A DNA stretch of 32,000 bases, from assembly GCA_026387835.1 (NCBI GenBank), contig JAPLKZ010000013.1, positions 133,874 through 165,873 of the forward strand. The letters run 5' to 3'. The notes under the pieces are model-generated. The model saw nothing but the letters and a program-made list of their open reading frames with translations, was not told the origin of the DNA and ran no database searches. This document shows, in pieces, positions 26,184 to 32,000 of the stretch. The position numbers were made by a program, and so were the translations under genes. Source of the DNA: Candidatus Saganbacteria bacterium. Its GTDB lineage: Bacteria; Margulisbacteria; WOR-1; JAKLHX01. Position 1 is the stretch's first letter, and each line of letters opens with the position of its first letter.

Positions 26184-27203
26184 ATGATCATTGTAATGAA
26201 GCCGGGAGCATCGGACACTGAAATAAACCATGTTATCGATAAATTAAAAGGTTATGGGTTCGGCACTCATGTTTCTAAAGGCGTTGAGCAGACGATAATA
26301 GGCGCGATAGGCGATAAGACAACGCTCCAGATAGAGACGGTCACCGTCCTGCCAGGCGTCTCAAAGATCATCCCTGTAAGAAAGCCTTATAAACTGGTGA
26401 GCAGGGAATTCCACCCGGCCGATACTCTTGTGAAGATAGGAAGAAAGTTCGAAGTGGGAGAGGGGTGTCCTGTTGCCGTGATGGCGGGGCCGTGTTCGGT
26501 GGAGAACAGGGACCAGATAATCGAGACCGCCCGTGCCGTAAAAAGTGCAGGCGCGGTCGCACTCCGCGGCGGCGCGTTCAAGCCCAGGACATCGCCGTAC
26601 AGCTTCCAGGGACTCGGAGAAGAAGGCTTGAAACTCCTTATGGAAGCCAAAAAGGACACCGGACTTCCTATTATCACGGAAGCAATGGATACAAGGGACG
26701 TGGACCTTATCGCAAAATATGCCGACGTGATACAGATCGGCGCGAGGAACATGCAGAATTTCAATCTGTTAAAAGAAGTCGGAAAGACTTCAAAGCCCGT
26801 CCTGCTTAAACGCGGGCTGTCGGCCACGATCGAAGACCTTCTCATGTCAGCTGAATACATAATGAAGGAAGGCAACAATGCGGTGATGCTTTGCGAAAGA
26901 GGGATAAGGACCTTTGAGACATACACAAGGAACACTTTGGACCTGAGCGCCGTTGCCGCGATAAAAGAATTAAGCCACCTTCCTGTGATCGTAGATCCCA
27001 GCCATGCCGTGGGCAAGTGGAGCCTGGTAGCTGCGATGAGCAAAGCCGCGGTCGCAGCCGGAGCGGACGGTCTTATCATCGAGGTCTGCCCGAGGCCGGA
27101 AGAGGCTTTATCCGACGGGGCTCAGTCTCTTACTCCTGAAAATTTTTCCAAGCTGATGAAAGAGTTGAAGACAATCGCGTCAGCTGTCGGAAGAAGCGTC
27201 TAG
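26184..27203 (+). CDS. aroF: 3-deoxy-7-phosphoheptulonate synthase (DAHP synthase, N-terminal ferredoxin-like domain type)
   Basis: [56 protein letters not shown]; [17 protein letters not shown]; [50 protein letters not shown]. Confidence 0.96.
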   Translation: MIIVMKPGASDTEINHVIDKLKGYGFGTHVSKGVEQTIIGAIGDKTTLQIETVTVLPGVSKIIPVRKPYKLVSREFHPADTLVKIGRKFEVGEGCPVAVMAGPCSVENRDQIIETARAVKSAGAVALRGGAFKPRTSPYSFQGLGEEGLKLLMEAKKDTGLPIITEAMDTRDVDLIAKYADVIQIGARNMQNFNLLKEVGKTSKPVLLKRGLSATIEDLLMSAEYIMKEGNNAVMLCERGIRTFETYTRNTLDLSAVAAIKELSHLPVIVDPSHAVGKWSLVAAMSKAAVAAGADGLIIEVCPRPEEALSDGAQSLTPENFSKLMKELKTIASAVGRSV

Positions 27204-28291
27204 CCGGCGGTTACTTCCCCCGACATCTTTTTGAGCGCGGACCTCAGACTTTCGAACCCTTCTTTTTTCAAGGCGGATATTTTTACATAAGGAGCATATT
27301 TTTTCAATAAACTTTCAGGCGGGCCCTCTTTGACGAGATCCGATTTATTGAAAACGGTCAGAATGGGCTTGCCGATGGCGCCGATGTCTTCAAGCACTTT
27401 AAAGACAGAAGCTATCTGTTCCTCCAGGACCGCGCTGCTCAGGTCTACTACATGTATCAGAAAATCAGAGCCGGCGACTTCCTCAAGCGTCGCGCGGAAC
27501 GCGTCGACAAGCTGGTGCGGCAATTTCTGAATAAAACCGACGGTATCAGATAAAAGAACCGAATTATTTTCATCAAGGTATAATTTCCTTGTCGTAGTGT
27601 CGAGAGTTGCGAACAATTTATCCTCCACAAGGACACCAGCCTTTGTCAGGCTGTTGAGGAGCGTGGATTTCCCTGCGTTGGTATAACCGATGATCGATGC
27701 CATTAGGATACCGGATCCCTGCCTGTTCTTGCGCCTCATCTGCCTGGACTCCCGTATCTTTTCGATCTCCTTCTTCAGCTCGGATATCTTTTTCCTGATC
27801 TTACGCCTGTCCTCCTCGAGTTTTGTCTCTCCTGGGCCTCTCGTGCCGATGCCGCCGCCGAGACGCGACATCGCGATGCCTTTTCCGGTCAGCCTGGTCA
27901 TCATGTACTGCGACTGGGCAAGTTCGACCTGCAGCCTTCCTTCGTGGCTGTGGGCGTGCTGGGAGAAGATATCAAGTATCAGTTCGGTCCGGTCAATGAC
28001 CTTTACCCCGAGGGCTTTTTCCAGTTCCCTGACCTGCGAAGGTTTTAGTTCGTTGTCGAAAATGACAAGGTTGGAACCGGTATCGTTTATTAAAAGAAGA
28101 AGGTCATCGAGCTTGCCTTTCCCGATGAAATATTTGATATCCGGGCTCTCCCTTGGCTGCGTGACAGATCCCGTGACGCGGGCGCCGGCTGTCTCGGCAA
28201 GGTTGGAAAGCTCAAGAATAGAATCTTCTATCGGAAGTCGGTCGTTCCTGAACCGGACCCCGGCAAGGACGGCTGTTTCTTTTTTATCCAC
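27200..28291 (-). CDS. hflX: GTPase HflX (GTG start)
   Basis: [10 protein letters not shown]; [32 protein letters not shown]; [38 protein letters not shown]; [26 protein letters not shown]. Confidence 0.96.
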   Translation of the reverse strand: MDKKETAVLAGVRFRNDRLPIEDSILELSNLAETAGARVTGSVTQPRESPDIKYFIGKGKLDDLLLLINDTGSNLVIFDNELKPSQVRELEKALGVKVIDRTELILDIFSQHAHSHEGRLQVELAQSQYMMTRLTGKGIAMSRLGGGIGTRGPGETKLEEDRRKIRKKISELKKEIEKIRESRQMRRKNRQGSGILMASIIGYTNAGKSTLLNSLTKAGVLVEDKLFATLDTTTRKLYLDENNSVLLSDTVGFIQKLPHQLVDAFRATLEEVAGSDFLIHVVDLSSAVLEEQIASVFKVLEDIGAIGKPILTVFNKSDLVKEGPPESLLKKYAPYVKISALKKEGFESLRSALKKMSGEVTAG

Positions 28292-28364
28292 TGTATAAAG
28301 TCTAATTCAATTCAGAGGTATATTCAAGCTAAGATTAAGACAGTGAAATTATGGTGAGCGGTAT

Positions 28365-30539
28365 CTATTGACCGGCTGAGCGTCTCAAAGCCTCTATAAA
28401 AAAATCTTTGAAGACTGGCGGCTGCTGCAGACCGGACCAGCGTTCTCTCATATGCTTCAGTATGAACTGCATCGTATAGGCCCTGACCTCCTGGGAAGTC
28501 GGGATATTGACAAGTTCCTTTACAAGCTGCCGGCAATCATCATATCTCAGGTTCCTGGCAATGTGTTTTACCTCGATCACCGATATGCTTGGGACGTCTA
28601 CGGAATTCATTCCCATGCCGATGAGTATAGGCAGCGAGATCCATTCGGTAGGCAGGTCACCGCACACACCGGTAATTTTATTATGTGCCATGCCCGCATC
28701 AAAAACCCTCGTGTAATTTGACAGCACATCCGGATGAAGCTCATCCCACCTTGCCAAAGCAGCAGGATCTCTGGTCTCTCTCTGGATGCCGAGAGTATAC
28801 GCTGTCATATCATTACTTCCGATTTTCATGAAATCTGCGGCCTGGGCTATTTCACCGGCGTTCCTTGCGCCCTCGGGATTCTCTATGGTGGCTCCAACGA
28901 GGATTTTAGAGTTGAACGGTTTTTTCCCTATAGCCTGCATCATCTGCCTTATCACGCTTTTGCCCCATTCGAACTCTTCAAGCGTTCTGACGAACGGGAA
29001 CAATATGGCAAGGGACGGATGTTCTCCGCTGGCGATCAAAATGTGTCTTATCTGCTCTTCGAACAGGTTGTTGAGCGTGGGCACTTTCCTGCAAAGGCCT
29101 ATACCTCTCTCAGGGAGATTTTCGTCAAAAGGTCTGAACTTCAGATATTTGCCTCCGCCAAGGTCTAAAGTTCTTATAACGGTTGCAGTCTTGACATCAT
29201 CAGGAGATAATTTCATTTGTTTGGCGGTTACAAGTTTATGTTCTTCGACCTTTGTTGCCAGAGTGATGTAAAAATTGACTGCTTCTTGTTCTGTCGGACC
29301 GCTGGATTCACGGATATTTCCTGTCTTCGGGTCGCACATATAAAATTCTTCCGAGCGGATCAACCCCGGCCCGTGAACTGCTCCTGTTCCCAGCAGTTCG
29401 TCAAGTTCAGCGGATGTCCCTATGCATCCTCCTATATGGATCACTCTGCCGTCCAAGGTTAGCGTGTTTGAAAACCGTTCAAGCCCGCCCATGGCCGTAG
29501 CATAATGCCCCATCTTTCTCCGCAGCTTTCTTGCCGTATTCAGCTCATGGGGAGAAGGGTTTACGATAACAGAACCGTCCCATCCGTTCGCGATGAGCGG
29601 TGTTCCGGTCGTGATCTTCGATACGGGTATCTTGGTAATACATAAGATGCCCCTGGTCTTCCCGAGCAGTGTAGGATGGTCGTTCTTAGACCCGTTTTCG
29701 GTAAGAATGGTCGTTACATTCGGCGGAAAAGTCGCAACTTCATCCGTAGTGACGTGTTCGGACACAACGGCAACGCTCCCTTTACCGATAGAGGTAGCAA
29801 CATCGCATTGCTGTCCATACCTTGTCTTGACGACGAAATCGGCGAAATCCCTAATTTCCGAAAGACATTCCTTCGTCTTCATGTTGGAAAGCATGGCAGT
29901 TATTGCAGTTTCAACTATCTTGACGATCTCAGCCATAGCACCTTTAGTGTTCAACCGTTGATTCTTGATAAGGACTGTCCCTTTGCTTGTGACCATGGGA
30001 TCGTCACAGATAGAGATAAGGACATCGAGGAATGAAGCAGCTTGTTGCAGATTAGCATCTTTTTTCATGGCATCATATGATGCGTTAAGCTTTGCTTTGC
30101 CCCTCTGCAAAGCATCTATGAAAAACTTCAGTTCCTGGTCCGCATCTTCATCCGGTCCGAGCTTGTTTTCCTTTGGTATCAATGCGCTTATTTCTCTCTG
30201 TATTACAAAAGCAGGCACTATATCCAGTCTTGCCAGTCCTGAAGTGCTTCCCCTAAAAATGGCGGACTGTGTTTTCAATCCCACGGTTGTAGACACAAAA
30301 GCCAGGGCATTCTCTAAATTCCGGTCCACGTTATCAGGGAGCTTTATCCTGCCGAGGACATCCTCGCCCGCATTTTTCGCGAACAGTTTTGGGTCAAAAT
30401 ATCTGCTTGTCAGGCCGATCTCGTGCAATCTCCTGACGCCTAAACGGTGCAGCCCTAAAACTTTTGAGGCTTGCCTTAAAGTACCAAAACTCAAAGGGAC
30501 CCGTTTTTGAGATACTTGCAAGCTTATATCAATTGGCAA
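28365..30539 (-). CDS. Divergent PTS Enzyme I-like (phosphoenolpyruvate-protein phosphotransferase family) protein
   Basis: GPGLIRSEEFYM, TVIRTLDLGGGK, ATIENPEGARNAGEIAQAADFMKIGSNDMTAYTLGIQRETRD, GVCGDLPTEWISLPILIGMGMNSVDVPSIS match Enzyme I PEP-binding motifs. Start probably the TTG at 30539 with AAAGGAG upstream; the listed ORF begins at 30575. Confidence 0.82.
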   Translation of the reverse strand: MPIDISLQVSQKRVPLSFGTLRQASKVLGLHRLGVRRLHEIGLTSRYFDPKLFAKNAGEDVLGRIKLPDNVDRNLENALAFVSTTVGLKTQSAIFRGSTSGLARLDIVPAFVIQREISALIPKENKLGPDEDADQELKFFIDALQRGKAKLNASYDAMKKDANLQQAASFLDVLISICDDPMVTSKGTVLIKNQRLNTKGAMAEIVKIVETAITAMLSNMKTKECLSEIRDFADFVVKTRYGQQCDVATSIGKGSVAVVSEHVTTDEVATFPPNVTTILTENGSKNDHPTLLGKTRGILCITKIPVSKITTGTPLIANGWDGSVIVNPSPHELNTARKLRRKMGHYATAMGGLERFSNTLTLDGRVIHIGGCIGTSAELDELLGTGAVHGPGLIRSEEFYMCDPKTGNIRESSGPTEQEAVNFYITLATKVEEHKLVTAKQMKLSPDDVKTATVIRTLDLGGGKYLKFRPFDENLPERGIGLCRKVPTLNNLFEEQIRHILIASGEHPSLAILFPFVRTLEEFEWGKSVIRQMMQAIGKKPFNSKILVGATIENPEGARNAGEIAQAADFMKIGSNDMTAYTLGIQRETRDPAALARWDELHPDVLSNYTRVFDAGMAHNKITGVCGDLPTEWISLPILIGMGMNSVDVPSISVIEVKHIARNLRYDDCRQLVKELVNIPTSQEVRAYTMQFILKHMRERWSGLQQPPVFKDFFIEALRRSAGQ

Positions 30540-30703
30540 TTTAAGTCTCCTTTCGTCATTGGTAAAAGTGTTCAATACCCATCTGTGTATATATCGTTAA
30601 TATTATTGGACGATTTCAGTGATTTTGGGGTTGAATTAAAAATGGATAAGGTCAAGTTCAGGAAATAGTCAGGTAAGATTATGATTTGTAGGTAAGGGGT
30701 TGA

Positions 30704-31711
30704 TCAATCCTCATCTTTTAATTGGCGGTTCATAAGGTCGAGTATGGCCTGTTTGGGGTCTTTGCCTTCAAAGAGGACGTTTTTTACCTCGCTTGCTATC
30801 GGCATCTCGATCTTGAGTCTCTTGGCAAGCTCTATGGAAGAGATGACCGTTTCCACACCTTCAGGGACACCACTCATCAAACTCAATATCTCATTAAGCT
30901 TTTTTCCCTTTGCGATCTCTACTCCTACGTGATGGTTCCTCGACAGGTCGCTCTGGCATGTAGTTATAAGATCACCGATCCCTGAAAGGCCGGAAAAAGT
31001 TTCTTTTTTTGCCCCGGCGGCAATGCCAAGCCTGGTAATCTCTGCCATCCCGCGTATGATCAGAGCTGATTTAGCGTTATTGCCCAGGGAAAGGCCGTCG
31101 CAGATACCGGCAGCTATCGCTATGACATTTTTCAGCGCACCGCCGAGCTCGACACCTATCAGATCGTTGCTGGTATAGACCCTGAAAGAAGGGCTTGACA
31201 ATACTTGCTGAAAATAGGCGGAGAGTTTTTTATCCCTGCTTGCCACAACAGACGCAGCGGGCAGTCCGGTGGCGATCTCTTTTGAAAGGTTCGGACCCGA
31301 AATGACCGCAACGACTTTTATCCCGAGTTCTTTTTCTATTATCTGCGACGGCCGGTCAAGCGTCTTTTTCTCAATGCCTTTCGCGGCGCTGAGAAATTTC
31401 ATATTTTTCGGGACGATCCTCTGTTCGGCCGCCGCTATAAGCACATTCCTCAGATATTTTGTCGGTATCGCGCAGATGACGTATCCGTCTTTGATCAGGA
31501 CATCCTCAAGATCATCGGACGCCGAAATATTTTTGTTGAGCTTTACTCCCGGGAGGAATATCTTGTTCTCGTTATTGTTGTTAATGTCATCAGCGGTCCC
31601 TTTTTCAAAAGTCCAGATCTTAACGCTAAGACCGTTCTTTGCGAGCATGTTCGCAAGAGTCGTTCCCCAGGCGCCGGCGCCGAGCACAGCAATATATTTC
31701 ATATCTTTCAT
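30704..31711 (-). CDS. gpsA: Glycerol-3-phosphate dehydrogenase [NAD(P)+]
   Basis: IAVLGAGAWGTTLANMLAKNG; FLSAAKGIEKKTLDRPSQII; ISGPNLSKEIATGLP; GVELGGALKNVIAIAAGICDGLSLGNNAKSALIIRGMAEI; FSGLSGIGDLITTCQSDLSRNHHVG. Confidence 0.97.
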   Translation of the reverse strand: MKDMKYIAVLGAGAWGTTLANMLAKNGLSVKIWTFEKGTADDINNNNENKIFLPGVKLNKNISASDDLEDVLIKDGYVICAIPTKYLRNVLIAAAEQRIVPKNMKFLSAAKGIEKKTLDRPSQIIEKELGIKVVAVISGPNLSKEIATGLPAASVVASRDKKLSAYFQQVLSSPSFRVYTSNDLIGVELGGALKNVIAIAAGICDGLSLGNNAKSALIIRGMAEITRLGIAAGAKKETFSGLSGIGDLITTCQSDLSRNHHVGVEIAKGKKLNEILSLMSGVPEGVETVISSIELAKRLKIEMPIASEVKNVLFEGKDPKQAILDLMNRQLKDED

Positions 31712-32000
31712 CCAAAAAGCTTTATTTTGTTCTCTGTTCCGTTCAGCAGTCTTTTTATATTAGGAATATGTTTATAGATGATGAAAATCGTGAGTATCAG
31801 TATCCCCCATGCATAGGGGGCTGGTCTGCCGGTAGTGAACATCATAATAGAAAGCAATATAGAACCGGTGATCGAAGCAACAGACACATAACCGGAAGCA
31901 GCAATAATGCCGATCCCCAGAATGAAAGATAATATGAAAAGGTATGGCGATATAGCGAAGACGGCGCCGAGCCCGGTCGCGACACCTTTCCCGCCTTTGA
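31708..32000 (-). CDS. plsY: Acyl-phosphate glycerol-3-phosphate acyltransferase PlsY, C-terminal part (truncated by window edge)
   Basis: The reverse strand translates to KGGKGVATGLGAVFAISPYLFILSFILGIGIIAASGYVSVASITGSILLSIMMF...LTIFIIYKHIPNIKRLLNGTENKIKLFG*; its TGA overlaps the gpsA ATG. Confidence 0.92.
   Translation of the reverse strand, partial: KGGKGVATGLGAVFAISPYLFILSFILGIGIIAASGYVSVASITGSILLSIMMFTTGRPAPYAWGILILTIFIIYKHIPNIKRLLNGTENKIKLFG

Noticed and set aside
26387-27079. 230-aa minus-strand ORF opposite the DAHP synthase
   Set aside because: Antisense shadow of a highly conserved enzyme; no domain-like features.
1-32000. Defence systems, CRISPR arrays, transposons, integrases, prophage genes, tRNA/rRNA
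   Set aside because: Looked for direct repeats with spacers, transposase-like or phage-like proteins and tRNA/rRNA-like segments in the spacers; none could be supported. The window appears to be core chromosome.

Overview
The window is gene-dense and mostly reads in one direction. A flagellar basal-body/export block on the + strand (flgI 5'-partial, flgJ-type rod-binding protein, fliA, flgB, flgC, fliE, fliF, a very short fliG, fliH, fliI; ~1-7533) runs almost without gaps into housekeeping and envelope genes: glyS, a short proS, a pfkB-family kinase, a class II aldolase-like protein, relA/spoT, holB, a PSP1/RicT-like gene, HIT, rpsU, an lptF/G permease, a large TPR protein, a GT4 glycosyltransferase, galE, an MGDG-synthase-like GT28, an SLH-domain outer-membrane barrel, birA, aroH and a DAHP synthase (to 27203). 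A minus-strand block follows: hflX, a divergent PTS Enzyme I-like protein, gpsA and partial plsY. The content fits a diderm bacterium; an uncultured lineage such as Omnitrophota is possible but is only a guess. I found no CRISPR array, mobile element, tRNA or rRNA, and no clearly novel multi-gene defence or mobile system. The items most worth a second look are: (1) a 177-aa FliG with no room for the C-terminal torque domain and no EHPQ motif; (2) a divergent Enzyme I-like protein with no PTS partners nearby and a probable TTG start; (3) a GT4-galE-MGDG synthase-like glycolipid cassette next to an SLH-porin gene; (4) a prolyl-tRNA synthetase lacking the editing insertion; (5) an aldolase-like protein that has lost a predicted zinc-ligand histidine. 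All assignments come from reading motifs by eye; no database search was run.
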